Assembly: GCA_023150835.1 (NCBI GenBank)
Contig: JAKLKB010000032.1
Span: 1 to 51,157 of the forward strand
Direction: 5' to 3'
DNA length: 51,157 nucleotides
Origin: Myxococcota bacterium
GTDB lineage: Bacteria; Myxococcota_C; UBA6777
Part shown: piece by piece, positions 24,098 through 34,542 of the stretch
Layout of the letters: every line of letters begins with the position of its first letter
How positions within the stretch are numbered: the stretch's first letter is position 1
The notes under the pieces: model-generated
Seen by the model: only the letters and a program-made list of their open reading frames with translations
Told to the model about the DNA's origin: nothing
Database searches by the model: none
Program-made: the position numbers and the translations under genes

Positions 24098-24206
24098 TTC
24101 TTTGTGAAAAGTACTTGTCGCGGAAAATCCGCCTGAGACTGTTTCTCTAGCCTTGTGCGCCACCCTCCCTTGTTCTTTTCTCCCACGCTTATCGGAGCCC
24201 TACACG

Positions 24207-25397
24207 ATGCAACACTTTGGGGTATTGACGCGTTATCTCGTGCTTCCCGTCTTGTTTGTGATGATCTTTGGAACCGCCGTCGTCCTTTCTACTCGCGCTT
24301 ATCTTCAGCGACAAACTTTGCAAACCACGACCTTTCGCGATCCTCAAAGCATCGATACACTCGAAGCTGTCAAGCTCGGTGGATGGGAACAATCGTTGTT
24401 GATCCGTGGAAAAGATCGGCGCGCACCGATCTTGCTTTGGTTGCACGATGGACCGGGAGGCGCTTCGGATCTTGTGTTCTCACGGGCTTTTGAGCAATCG
24501 CTGGTGCAGCGGTTTGTGGTCGTGCATTGGGAGCAGCGCGGCACAGGAAAGTCCTATCGTGACGATCTGCCCGCCCACACCATGACGCTCCCACGCCTTC
24601 GCTCCGATCTTGTCGAGCTGGTCGCGTGGTTGCGCCATCGCTTTCAACAACCCAAGATCTATCTGCTCGGTTATGCGTGGGGTTCCACGCTAGGCTTGTG
24701 GTTCGCTCAACAACACCCTGACCAATTGCACGCATACATCGGGGTTTCACAGATCCTCGATTGGCAACAACACCTTCGTGAGGCTTATGCCGAAACCCTG
24801 CGACGCGCCAAACAAACCGACCGCGCCGAGCCGATCAATGCACTCACCCAGATCGGACCCCCGCCGTACTCGTCTCTTCTTTCTCTTCACACCCTTCGCC
24901 GATGGGTCGCGGAGTTTGGCGGGTATTTTCACAAAGCCCCCTCCTTTGGCAAGATGTTTCGTGCCTCCCTCAGTTCCCCCGATTATTCGCTCGCTGATCT
25001 GTTTCAATCCAACAAAGCCTACCAATTTTCTTCTCAACATCTTCTTCTGCCTGCCATCCAACAAACCAACCTCCGCTCCATCCGGCATCTGCATGCCCCT
25101 GCACTCTTCCTCTCCGGTCGCTACGACCTTTTGACCAGCGGCCAACAGCTCGAACGCTTCGTCCAACAGCTCCAAGCACCACACAAACAACTCCTCTGGT
25201 TTGAAGACGCCGGCTACGCTCCCCACCGCGAAGATCCCGACCGCTTCTACAAGGCTCTCCTCGATCTCCTCCCGCCCTTCGCAAAAACACCACAGCCAAA
25301 CACCCGTCCTTTGTCGCCCCCCTCTTCTCTCCCTTCCTTTCGCCCTGCTTCTTCTCCTTCCTTTCGCCCCGCTTCTTCTCCTTCTTCTCGCCCCTAA
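24207..25397 (+). CDS. Alpha/beta-hydrolase fold protein (proline iminopeptidase-like), probably catalytically inactive
   Basis: N-terminal TM segment; LWLHDGPGG, WEQRGTGKS, LLGYAWGS, SGRYD, FEDAGYAPH. The nucleophile Ser and the catalytic His positions are substituted. Confidence 0.8.
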   Translation: MQHFGVLTRYLVLPVLFVMIFGTAVVLSTRAYLQRQTLQTTTFRDPQSIDTLEAVKLGGWEQSLLIRGKDRRAPILLWLHDGPGGASDLVFSRAFEQSLVQRFVVVHWEQRGTGKSYRDDLPAHTMTLPRLRSDLVELVAWLRHRFQQPKIYLLGYAWGSTLGLWFAQQHPDQLHAYIGVSQILDWQQHLREAYAETLRRAKQTDRAEPINALTQIGPPPYSSLLSLHTLRRWVAEFGGYFHKAPSFGKMFRASLSSPDYSLADLFQSNKAYQFSSQHLLLPAIQQTNLRSIRHLHAPALFLSGRYDLLTSGQQLERFVQQLQAPHKQLLWFEDAGYAPHREDPDRFYKALLDLLPPFAKTPQPNTRPLSPPSSLPSFRPASSPSFRPASSPSSRP

Positions 25398-25449
25398 GGC
25401 TTTTTCTTTTTTTGATAGGTGTTACGCCGTTTCATCGGTGCTGTCGGCG

Positions 25450-25690
25450 TCACCCCACGCCCTTTGGTTTGTGGGATTCCACCCCACGCCCTTTGGTTTG
25501 TGGGATTCCACCCCACGCCCTTTGGTTTGTGGGATTCCACCCCACGCCCTTTGGTTTGTGGGGTTCCACCCCACGCCCCGCAAGGGAGCGCGCTCCCTTG
25601 ACCCTGTATCGGCGGGGCGAACGGTCGTTTTTTACCCGAGCGACCGCTCCGCTTGAACGCTCGCGAACACGTCTTTTTGTTTTCTGTCAG
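25450..25690. repeat. REP-like dispersed element with its terminal hairpin amplified in tandem (29-nt x4)
   Basis: CACCCCACGCCCTTTGGTTTGTGGGATTC repeats, followed by CCCCGCAAGGGAGCGCGCTCCCTTGACCCTGTAT. Related copies occur at about 32730-32930, 34640-34760, 37100-37215, 39925-40115 and 47270-47400. Confidence 0.8.
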
Positions 25691-25986
25691 AACCCACTCT
25701 CTCCAACCGTTTTGGAATAGAACGCCGCAGCGCGCTGCACGCCAAACTGCTTTCTTCGAACACCCGTTGGCGTGGTCGCTGTGTTTTGTCATCATCGACG
25801 CGCCCGTGAATGGGTCAAAAGCATCTTTGGCTGATCCCTGTACCGAAAATAGTCCATGCTTTTTTCTCCGAATTCATCTTTACAGGCGGGAGAAGAGCCT
25901 TGACTAAAAATAGGCGATGTGACAACTTTTTCTTCTTGTTGCTTTGACAAAGAACTGTTGCTGTGGATGATCTGAAAGGGAGAGCG

Positions 25987-27843
25987 ATGCACACATTATT
26001 TCAACAAATACAGAAATCTTATACCGCTGCACAACGCATCCTTGACGCCAACCATTCTTTTGGAGCAAATCCTTCGAATGACGAGGCATCTCTTCGTGGC
26101 TTGATGCTGCCTTTTGAACAAAGTATCCGCCATGCTTTCCAAGAATTCATGCAACCACCCTCTTGTTTTGACGATCTTAGAATACATACTTTTTATCGAG
26201 AAGACAAACTCCTTTTTCCTATTTCTGTTCCTCAAGTACCTAAACAAAGCCTCGAAGATATCTGCCAAGATGAATACAGGTCTTTGATGCGCCGCCTTGC
26301 GGCTCTTGCTGATGCTCTCGCACTTCCGCCCCTACGCATCCCCTGTTTTCTTGAAGAATGTTTTGCGCGTGACGAAGAAGGACAAATCTATGCGGCTTGG
26401 CCTTATCTTGCAGGGCTGCGGCTCGCAAATGGACAAACCCAACTCAAGCCCCACCAACGGGCTTTTCGCCATCTGATGCACCCGCAGCTCTCGCGCCAGC
26501 TACCCGACGATCTTGATTCTTACTTGCCTTCTGCGATGTGTTATAGCTTCGTTTTGTTTTTCTTGCGCCAGCTTCATCCGATGGCCGAGCAATGGGTGCA
26601 TCAAAAAGCCTTGGATCGCTTGCGTGCCTTGCTTCCTTGGCTTCCCCCCGCCTTGCCTGCTCTCTTGCAGCACGTCACCTCCACCGAACGTTCTCATCAA
26701 GAACAAGGCGCGACGACGCGATTTTGGAAACAGGTTGAAGAAATTTTTTTACAAGACCTTCATCTTCAAAAACACTCGTCTTTTTGTGATCTAGAGATAG
26801 AAAAAGAAAGCTATCAAGTCAGTGGTCGTCTCAAAGCAGGGCCTTTACAAGACGCTGAGCTTTGTGTCTCTCCCATCCCAAACGCTTTTTGGATGGGCGG
26901 TGTCGCCGATGGCGTATCTACCGCAGACCTCGGCAGCGGCGAAGAGGCCGCCCGTGAAGTCGCTCGTTGTTTCTCTGTCTTGGGCGCGACGTCGATGCCT
27001 CTCCTTGCCCAACCCACCGCATGGCCGATCGCGGTCTCTGACTTTTGGGCGACCTTTGCCAAACAAGCTCATACAGCGATCGCGCAACGCTGCGAAGAGT
27101 TACGTGCGTCTCATTTAGCTCCTGAAACCATCCAAGATCCGATGTCCTCGACCTTTGTTGCTGCGATGATCTTGGGAGATCGGGCAAGCATCGCTTGGCT
27201 GGGGGATAGCCCCGCGTGGCATTATCGAGCGGGTGAAGGCCGCTTGATCCGCTTGACGGTCGAAGATTCTCAGCTTTACGAGCGGCTCCGTGCGGGCGAG
27301 TGGGATGCCCTCTCTACGCCTACCGACGGCGATAACCATCTTTCTCGTTTTCTTGGGATGGCGTATCCTTCCGAACAAGAAACGAATACTTCTCTTGATC
27401 TGATGAAGCCGCATCAGCTTTTTGTCCAATTGCAAGAAGGTGATATCTTGCTTCTTGCCTCCGATGGGCTGCTCTGTGGAATCGGCGGTTTGTCTCCTTT
27501 CGTCCAAGACCAAAAACTCGAACAAAAGATCAAAGAATGCTTACAACAAGATCCTTCTTTGCGTCGTCTCGTGCTCTTTCTTGTTCAAGAGGCGGATCAG
27601 TATGGAGACGACAACATCTCTTTGATCGCTGTACGTGTCTCCAAACTGAACCCTCTGACCCAATCCGATACCTCGCCCTCTTCGGAACCCAAAAGCCCGA
27701 TGCCTGCTTCTGATCCATCTGATACCATTGAGGCGACTCCTTCGTTTTCTTCTTCTCAAACTGGACGCGCCTCGTCTGCGCCCTCTCTCTCTCAAGCAAG
27801 TGACGTCCCTGTCCTCAAAAAAAAGTCCAGAAACAATCGTTGA
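25987..27843 (+). CDS. PP2C-family phosphatase with a divergent, possibly pseudokinase-like, N-terminal domain
   Basis: PP2C motifs VADGVS, MSSTFVAA, WLGDSPAW, RLTVEDS, LLASDGL, DDNISLI are present. The N-terminal assignment is weak. Confidence 0.82.
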   Translation: MHTLFQQIQKSYTAAQRILDANHSFGANPSNDEASLRGLMLPFEQSIRHAFQEFMQPPSCFDDLRIHTFYREDKLLFPISVPQVPKQSLEDICQDEYRSLMRRLAALADALALPPLRIPCFLEECFARDEEGQIYAAWPYLAGLRLANGQTQLKPHQRAFRHLMHPQLSRQLPDDLDSYLPSAMCYSFVLFFLRQLHPMAEQWVHQKALDRLRALLPWLPPALPALLQHVTSTERSHQEQGATTRFWKQVEEIFLQDLHLQKHSSFCDLEIEKESYQVSGRLKAGPLQDAELCVSPIPNAFWMGGVADGVSTADLGSGEEAAREVARCFSVLGATSMPLLAQPTAWPIAVSDFWATFAKQAHTAIAQRCEELRASHLAPETIQDPMSSTFVAAMILGDRASIAWLGDSPAWHYRAGEGRLIRLTVEDSQLYERLRAGEWDALSTPTDGDNHLSRFLGMAYPSEQETNTSLDLMKPHQLFVQLQEGDILLLASDGLLCGIGGLSPFVQDQKLEQKIKECLQQDPSLRRLVLFLVQEADQYGDDNISLIAVRVSKLNPLTQSDTSPSSEPKSPMPASDPSDTIEATPSFSSSQTGRASSAPSLSQASDVPVLKKKSRNNR

Positions 27844-27986
27844 TCTTGTCAGAAACCATACGCCCCCAACGTCTTGGAAGAGATTGCGCTGTTGACCCAC
27901 TCAAGACACAGACCGAACAGGTCGCACAAAGCTGAAACCGCGACGGTTCCTTGCTTTGTGGCTGCCCTTCAACAAGGAGAACCCGT

Positions 27987-29312
27987 ATGTCCGAGCAAGT
28001 CGTCCTTTATCTTGAAACGGATCGAGACTTTATCCCAAAAAAGAAAAGCAACCAACAAGTGATCACGCGGATCAAGATGCAAACCTCCGACGAGCTATTG
28101 CTTTCGTCGCCACAGACCGATTGCTCGATCTTGTTGTTGATCGACACCAGCCAGTCGATGGAGGGGGCTTTTTCCACAGGCTACGCCCAACTCACCCGCC
28201 GCGAAGGTGTCCGACTTGCCGCCGAATCGATGATCCAACTCCTCCAGCCTCGCGACCAAGTGACCTTGGTTTTCTTCAACACTCGCGCCTACGAAGTCGC
28301 CCGTGATGCCGCTGGATCCCAAAAACGCGCACTGTCTGAGCACCTCCAGACCATCCACAACTACAACGGCTCGACGCATTTCGAGGCGGCCTTTGACTAC
28401 GCTGACGCTTGGGCACAAGGACAACCTCCCCAAAAAAGCAAGCGGATCTTGTTTTTGACTGACGGCCAATCCACCGTAGGATCTTGGACTCGCACGCTTC
28501 AATTGGCTGAAAAAGTAGCTTCTCTCGGTGCGACTGTCGATTGTTTGGGCGTCGGTGAAGACTTTGCTTTTGAGGCGATGCAGTCGCTTTCTGGCCCGTC
28601 GGGCGGCACCACCCAACGCTTGTTTTTGCCAAATGACGCCAAACGAGCCTTCCGCGATATCCTACAAAATGCCCAACGTGCCTTGATCCACGACGTCTTG
28701 TTGCAGATCCGTATCCCCCCCGATCGTCGTGACGTCGAGATCTACCAGACTGTTCCTGAGATCCGCTTTTCGATGCCTTCTGTCGACGCAACAGGCGGTA
28801 TGCAACAAATCCTACGCATCGGCGATATCTATCATCACCAAACTGCCGAAGTCTTGATCTCGATGAAGCTTGATACAGACACCCCCGATGCGAACCTTGT
28901 GCTGTTCCATTGTCGTCTTGACTACGCTATCCCAAGCAAGGGCTGGGTCGGCTTGTCCCACCAAGATATCGCACGCGTCAACCTCAGCGATGACCCCCGC
29001 CGTGAACGCCGCGACAGCAGCGTCTTTGAAGAATACACCGAAGCCTCACTTGTCCGTGATGAAGCTGAGTTCCGACAGATCCATACACAAGATTGGAAAC
29101 AGGCGATGCAACTCCTTCAACAAATGAAACAAAAAGCAGCCAATATGCGCTTGGTTGAAAAAGAACGCGCCTTCGAGCAAGCGATCCAACAGATGCAACA
29201 AACGCACGCCTTGAGTCGTGATCAACTCAACCAGCTCTTCGCTCAAAACGCACGCTCCACCCGCTCTCGCAGTCAGCCTGTACGTCAAGCTGCGAAACCC
29301 ATTCAGTTTTAA
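27987..29312 (+). CDS. vWA domain protein
   Basis: AAGGAGA RBS; MIDAS motif LLIDTSQSM, GSTHFEAA, FLTDG, LGVGEDF; helical C-terminus. Confidence 0.88.
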   Translation: MSEQVVLYLETDRDFIPKKKSNQQVITRIKMQTSDELLLSSPQTDCSILLLIDTSQSMEGAFSTGYAQLTRREGVRLAAESMIQLLQPRDQVTLVFFNTRAYEVARDAAGSQKRALSEHLQTIHNYNGSTHFEAAFDYADAWAQGQPPQKSKRILFLTDGQSTVGSWTRTLQLAEKVASLGATVDCLGVGEDFAFEAMQSLSGPSGGTTQRLFLPNDAKRAFRDILQNAQRALIHDVLLQIRIPPDRRDVEIYQTVPEIRFSMPSVDATGGMQQILRIGDIYHHQTAEVLISMKLDTDTPDANLVLFHCRLDYAIPSKGWVGLSHQDIARVNLSDDPRRERRDSSVFEEYTEASLVRDEAEFRQIHTQDWKQAMQLLQQMKQKAANMRLVEKERAFEQAIQQMQQTHALSRDQLNQLFAQNARSTRSRSQPVRQAAKPIQF

Positions 29313-29352
29313 TCTTTTTTCTTTTGCATTCTTTTTCTCTTGGAGGTCTCCG

Positions 29353-30186
29353 ATGGCTTGGAAGTGGAACGCAGCACCACCGCAACATCTTGTCTTACAT
29401 TCCGGCGCAACTTTTGAGATCTATTTGGATATCATCCCCAGCGAAGACGGTACTCTCCCTGCGATCTCATGGGATATCTCTCGCCTTGTTGGTCTTCAAG
29501 CCGAACAAGACGCCTCGGATATCCGACGCCTGCGCATCCACGCCCGTTGGGACAACGCCAGTTTCTCCCGTGTCTTTTATCGCGTCGAGGATCACACCCT
29601 TCGTTCTCACGGTATCGTCACTCTCGAAGTACCTTTGCAAGACCCTTCTTCTGTTCAACACCACACGTTCCTCTCTCAGAAAGAAGGCGATCTTGGAGGT
29701 GTTCTTCATCCACCACAAATACAAGACCAAAAAGAACAAGACTTCCATGAAAAAGAGGATATTGATTGGGAACTTGTCGATGCGTTCCTTGAAGTTTGGC
29801 GCGGTGACGAAAAAATCCAATCGCTTTCTCGCCCTTTGCCTAGAGAGCGAAGTATGACAGTCGGTCGCTTTTCCTTGGATCTGCCTGAGCGTATCGACCT
29901 CGATCTCGCAGGGCACTTCCCCAATGAATCGGATGAGCGACTTTGCTCGCGTTTGCAAGCCGAGATCTTTTGGCGAAAAGGCCGATTGTGGGTCCAAGAT
30001 CGCGGTCGCCATCCGATCTACGCAAAGCGCGACCCGCACCTCTTGCGCTGTTTGAGTGAACCTCATCCATGGGCAGAAGAAGAAGTCTTGCTTTTGCCCG
30101 GCGGACTCTCTTTGCGCTTGGTTCTCGAAGAAAAGAGCAATCTGCCTGTAAACGATCCAAGAAAAAAAGAGCATCGAAGGAGTTAA
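29353..30186 (+). CDS. FHA-like domain protein
   Basis: GGAGG RBS before MAWKW; the C-terminal MTVGRFS...IDLDL...CSRLQAEIFWRKGRLWVQDRG matches the FHA GR / SRxHA pattern. Confidence 0.68.
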   Translation: MAWKWNAAPPQHLVLHSGATFEIYLDIIPSEDGTLPAISWDISRLVGLQAEQDASDIRRLRIHARWDNASFSRVFYRVEDHTLRSHGIVTLEVPLQDPSSVQHHTFLSQKEGDLGGVLHPPQIQDQKEQDFHEKEDIDWELVDAFLEVWRGDEKIQSLSRPLPRERSMTVGRFSLDLPERIDLDLAGHFPNESDERLCSRLQAEIFWRKGRLWVQDRGRHPIYAKRDPHLLRCLSEPHPWAEEEVLLLPGGLSLRLVLEEKSNLPVNDPRKKEHRRS

Positions 30187-30192
30187 ATACAG

Positions 30193-31218
30193 ATGGGCCG
30201 ACTTACTAAAAACCGACACGCTGGACTTCGGATCGATGTATCGTATGGTGAAGATGACGGAGAACGCTTTGCGATCCCTTCTCTCTTGGGTGAGCGCTAC
30301 GAGATCACGGGCTGGCTCGCAGCAGGCGGATTTGGAGCGGTCTTTGTCGCCCGTGATCGGCGGATCTTTGACCGCCTTGTCTTGGTCAAGGCCAACCGTT
30401 ACTCGCCACACCTTTTTTCTCACCCACACGACGCCGAAAGAGACCGCGTGGTCGCCGAACAACGCGCTCGGATGCAGCACGAAGTCGCGATGTTGCGCAT
30501 CGCCCAACAACGGGAGATCGCTGGAACTCCCGTCTTGATCGATCTCCTCTATGCTCCTAGCCCCCAACTCTACGGCCCTCACCGTGGCCCTGACGGCCAA
30601 CACTTTGTGCTCGATGCCCAAGAAACCATGCAAGAACCTTATCTTGTCATGGGCTCGATCGACGGTGAAAGCTTGGGGCGTGCTTGTACCCGACCTCGGT
30701 TTCGTGATCAGCTACTCAAAAACACAAAAACCGTAGCCATCCAGCTTTGCGGTATCTTGCAAGCCTTTCATCGCTACGAACACCACGATGCCGGAAAGCT
30801 GGCCTTTATCTACCAAGATCTGAAACCCGAAAATGTCATCTGGACCCCCACCCGTTGCGCTTATTTGATCGACTTTGGTAGCTTTGCTGTACGAACTCCT
30901 GACCGCGTTGGCGGACAAAATCGCTTTCTTTGTACGTCTCCCTACGCTCCACCCGAGTTCTCTCAGTCCTATTCCGCTGAAGAGGCCATCGTCCCTTTGG
31001 CCGATATCTATTCCCTTGGCGTGACCCTGATCCATCTGTTGAAGGGCAAGATCCCTTGGATATCCCACACAGGACAAGTCGACTTGTCGCTCGATGCTTC
31101 TTGGCCGAGTGCTTGGCGGTCTTGGTTGCAACGCGCTACCGCAGAAGAGCCTTCCGAGCGTTTCACCTCGATGCTTGAGATGCAGCAGATCGCTTACCAG
31201 CTACCCGACAACGCGTAG
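30193..31218 (+). CDS. Hanks-type Ser/Thr protein kinase with intact motifs
   Basis: AAGGFGAVF, VLVK, HEVAML, YQDLKPENV, IDFG, YAPPE, DIYSLG, ERF. Confidence 0.9.
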   Translation: MGRLTKNRHAGLRIDVSYGEDDGERFAIPSLLGERYEITGWLAAGGFGAVFVARDRRIFDRLVLVKANRYSPHLFSHPHDAERDRVVAEQRARMQHEVAMLRIAQQREIAGTPVLIDLLYAPSPQLYGPHRGPDGQHFVLDAQETMQEPYLVMGSIDGESLGRACTRPRFRDQLLKNTKTVAIQLCGILQAFHRYEHHDAGKLAFIYQDLKPENVIWTPTRCAYLIDFGSFAVRTPDRVGGQNRFLCTSPYAPPEFSQSYSAEEAIVPLADIYSLGVTLIHLLKGKIPWISHTGQVDLSLDASWPSAWRSWLQRATAEEPSERFTSMLEMQQIAYQLPDNA

Positions 31219-31336
31219 GCTCTCGGAGCATCGGCTTTTTTCGTTTCTTCGTCGCCCACTCTCTTTCTTCGGCGACCTCGCAACTTGTCTTTTCCGTTGC
31301 ACTTTGCCATACCCAACCAACACGGAGGGCTTCGTG

Positions 31337-32707
31337 ATGTTTGTTGCTCAAGAGATCATCCAAGACGACCGCGATGAACGGCGTTGGCAGATCTTGCGCC
31401 CTGAACCCCGCCATCTTTTGGGAGAGTACCCTCTCTCCTTCTGGTCGGTGCGCGATCTGCGCCTCCAACGTGACTTGTCCATGCTGGGCTTGAACTACGC
31501 CCGTATCCCCAAAGATCGCCTCGCGTGGGATATCCCTGTGTTGCACCAGTGCTTTTCTCGCCTTGTCAAATTGATCAGCCAAAACTGCAATGCGTTTCCG
31601 GAAGCCATCGATTGGGTTTCTTGTACAAAACATCGCAGTCTTTCTTCTTTTCATGAACCATTCTTTGTCTTTTCTCCTGTCCAAGGAAGAGGGATCTCAC
31701 CACTCAAATCCGATGAACCCGATCGAGAGAAAAAAGTTGAACGTCTCTGTAAAAGTGTCGCCAACCTTTTGCGTGATATCCACCAAAACGGCGCTGTCTT
31801 ACGGGCTTTGCCTTTGCGTGGACTCCGCCGAAATCCTGCCAACCAAGTGATCCAGATCGCTTCGTTTTATACGCTTCAATCCATCGCAGAATTTCAAGGC
31901 TTCAACCCTTACGAAGCCGGCTTTCATCCTTCGCCCCGCTATGCCGCTCCTGAGTGCTTTGCTTCTTCTTCCGCCCTCACTCCCGCGACCGATGTGTACG
32001 CCTTGGGCTGTTTGCTCTTGGAATACCTCGGCGTGGCCTTGCCCGAACATCCCATCCCGCCCAACGATATGGACGCCCTTTGTCTCTCTTTGAACCTTTC
32101 TCCTTGGTGGCAGCGCTTTTTTAAGCTGGCCCTCCACGAAGTCCCTGAAGCCCGTTTTCAAGGAATGAGCGAGGTCTTGGCCTACGTCCTCTCTCGTGGG
32201 CAGCCTACACCACGCCAAAATACCCATGCCCGTCAGGCCCCTACACCTCACGCTCCCCGTACCAAACGCCCCGATGCCCCTCCTGCCGCACTCTTGATCT
32301 GGGGCGAGCAACTTCAACCCAAAGATCAGCGCTTCGATATCCACAAGCTCCTGCGTGATCTCCAAGCCCGCTATAGCTTGGGGCCTCTGCTCTATTTCGC
32401 TCTCGAACAAAACAACATGGACAACCCATACTTCCAACTCCTCCGAAAGCTGTCTTTTCAGATCGTCCCCTATCGCTTTCGCGATTCGATCTCTTCGTTT
32501 CTTCAAGACGCAAGCCGCCAGTGGTCCCCTACCCCACGCCACCTCATCGTCGGAAACCTCGACCAATCCGGCATCCAGACCCTGATCAAGATCGCTGAAC
32601 AATCTCGCGTCCACTTCGAAGTCTTTTCCACGGGCGGGCGCCCCCTCGCCCACCAAGGCAAGGCCGTCGATGCTCGTTCTTATCTCCAACAAAAAACCTC
32701 TTTTTAG
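31337..32707 (+). CDS. Pseudokinase fused to a degenerate NYN/LabA-like domain
   Basis: GGAGG RBS. The C-lobe motifs YAAPE, DVYALG and ARF are retained, but the catalytic loop (VLRALPLRGL) and DFG are lost. The C-terminal LLIWGEQL...DIHKLL...LYF...LLRKLSFQIV...LIVGNLD...FEVF pattern resembles a NYN fold (inference). Confidence 0.65.
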   Translation: MFVAQEIIQDDRDERRWQILRPEPRHLLGEYPLSFWSVRDLRLQRDLSMLGLNYARIPKDRLAWDIPVLHQCFSRLVKLISQNCNAFPEAIDWVSCTKHRSLSSFHEPFFVFSPVQGRGISPLKSDEPDREKKVERLCKSVANLLRDIHQNGAVLRALPLRGLRRNPANQVIQIASFYTLQSIAEFQGFNPYEAGFHPSPRYAAPECFASSSALTPATDVYALGCLLLEYLGVALPEHPIPPNDMDALCLSLNLSPWWQRFFKLALHEVPEARFQGMSEVLAYVLSRGQPTPRQNTHARQAPTPHAPRTKRPDAPPAALLIWGEQLQPKDQRFDIHKLLRDLQARYSLGPLLYFALEQNNMDNPYFQLLRKLSFQIVPYRFRDSISSFLQDASRQWSPTPRHLIVGNLDQSGIQTLIKIAEQSRVHFEVFSTGGRPLAHQGKAVDARSYLQQKTSF

Positions 32708-32949
32708 AGAGATGTGTTGGATGGTTTTTGTGGGGTTCCACCCCATACGCGCAAGGGCTTGTTTTTGTGGGTTCCGCCCCACACCCCGCAAGAGCTTGTT
32801 TGTGTGGGGTTCCACCCCGCGCCCCGCAAGGGAGCGCGGCTCCCTTGACCCTGTGTTGGCGAACTGATCACCGTTTTTCAAACCAGCGACGCTCTCGCTT
32901 GGAGTGCCGCGAACGCGGCTTTTTTTGGCGACTGCATCGTACGAAATCT

Positions 32950-33142
32950 GCTCGTTGTGTGATCGTAAAGACGTAGGGGCAGCCCCCCGTGGCTGCCCAA
33001 CCGCAGGGCGTCTACAGCGGATCGCGCTGGCCCTTCCGATCGCACCTCTTTCGGATACCGTACCACACGAGATCCGCTCGTTGTGTGATCGTAAAGACGT
33101 AGGGGCAGCCCCCCGTGACTGCCCAACCGCAGGGCGTCTACG
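32950..33142. repeat. Direct duplication (126-bp period) containing GTAG-REP hairpins
   Basis: GCTCGTTGTGTGATCGTAAAGACGTAGGGGCAGCCCCCCGTG(G/A)CTGCCCAACCGCAGGGCGTCTAC occurs at 32950 and 33076. A related REP occurs at about 14780 and, reversed, at about 40195-40220. Confidence 0.8.
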
Positions 33143-33207
33143 CACTATCCTTTGCGTACACGTCACTCGGATACCGTATAAGCCCTATTTAGAAACAAGG
33201 AGCGCCC

Positions 33208-34542
33208 ATGTCCAACAACAAAACTTTCAACGAACGCTACAGCGAAGCTCTGCCTTTGTTTCGTGCTGAAAACTACAAAGCTGCTTTGCCGCTTTTTCAA
33301 TCCCTACTACCCGAAGCGCCTGATCCCAAGGACCGCGCAAAGATATTGGCCAATATCCTTTCTTGTTTGCGGAAACTCGAACACAACGACAGCGCTTATT
33401 GGAAACAGATCGCGGGTGACTATGCCAAAACCCTTCACGATCCTGACGCTGTGAACTGGCCGAGCCAGCCCGCAGAGCAAGCCTTTGAAAAACTTGCCTG
33501 TGCTCTTTTTGAATACGATCCACAAGGCAGCTATGCGTTCTTGCTTGATCTCTATCGCTCCCTACCGACGGCCTTTTGTGCTGCTTTTGAAACGGGTCTT
33601 GCGACCGCCTTTGATCAAGAAGCCCGTCAATACGACCGTGCAGGTCACGAGGATCGTGCGCGGCAGATGGGCGAGCTTTATCTCGAATTGACCGCGTCCA
33701 GCACTGAGCACAAGGGAACCCGCGTCGCCATCCGCAACCGACTCGCCGATATGCTGATCTTCCATGCCTCCCGCGCAAACGAAGATCTCGAACGTCGCGC
33801 TTTCATGCTCTTGCAGGAGAGTCTCCAAGAACAACCCGACAATCGCTTTGCACGTTCTCTCCAAGAACACATCGCCCAACGCAACACTTTTCGCTTGCAG
33901 ATCGATCGCTTTTGGCATGACACACACAACCGCATCGCGCCGATGAAGACCAGCCTTCGCCGTCTACAAGAAGCCCCGCTCTCCAAACCGCTCCAAGACG
34001 CTGTTTCCGATCTCGACTACAACTTGGGCCTGATCGACACCAGCTTGCGTCTTTCAGGTGCTGCCCAAGGTTCATCGGCTGTCTTGCAACCTTCGCCCCA
34101 ACAATACCAAGACGTCGATCCTGTCGGCGTCTGCCGCGAGACGCTCCGACAAAATCACCTTGATCCAGAGGCGGTCGTTTTTCTCGGTCAGCCCGCTCCT
34201 TGGGAGATCGCCCCCAGCTATCTCGGCCTTGCTCTCCACAATCTCCTCCTCAACAGCCTTGAAGCCTACCGACGGCGTTCGCTACCTTTGCCGCAGCAGC
34301 CCGTCACCCTGACCATCGACTATCACCTCCAAACCATTCGTGTTTGTGACGCTGCTGGCGGGATATCTCCGCATATCTCTGATCCCTTTCTCCCTTACGT
34401 CTCGGAAAAAGGCGTGCAGATGACGTCTGGACTTGGACTCCTCCAAGCTCGCGAAGCCATCCGAGCGATGGGCGGTTCTTTGGTGCTTGATCCCCAACAA
34501 CCCAACGGCGGAGCCGCGTTCTTGATCCAATTGCCTCGTTGA
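33208..34542 (+). CDS. Cytoplasmic sensor histidine kinase with a TPR-like N-terminus
   Basis: AAGGAG RBS; H-box DRFWHDTHNRI, N-box LHNLLLNSLEA, DAAGGI, PFLPYVSEK, SGLGLL; no transmembrane segments seen. Confidence 0.85.
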   Translation: MSNNKTFNERYSEALPLFRAENYKAALPLFQSLLPEAPDPKDRAKILANILSCLRKLEHNDSAYWKQIAGDYAKTLHDPDAVNWPSQPAEQAFEKLACALFEYDPQGSYAFLLDLYRSLPTAFCAAFETGLATAFDQEARQYDRAGHEDRARQMGELYLELTASSTEHKGTRVAIRNRLADMLIFHASRANEDLERRAFMLLQESLQEQPDNRFARSLQEHIAQRNTFRLQIDRFWHDTHNRIAPMKTSLRRLQEAPLSKPLQDAVSDLDYNLGLIDTSLRLSGAAQGSSAVLQPSPQQYQDVDPVGVCRETLRQNHLDPEAVVFLGQPAPWEIAPSYLGLALHNLLLNSLEAYRRRSLPLPQQPVTLTIDYHLQTIRVCDAAGGISPHISDPFLPYVSEKGVQMTSGLGLLQAREAIRAMGGSLVLDPQQPNGGAAFLIQLPR

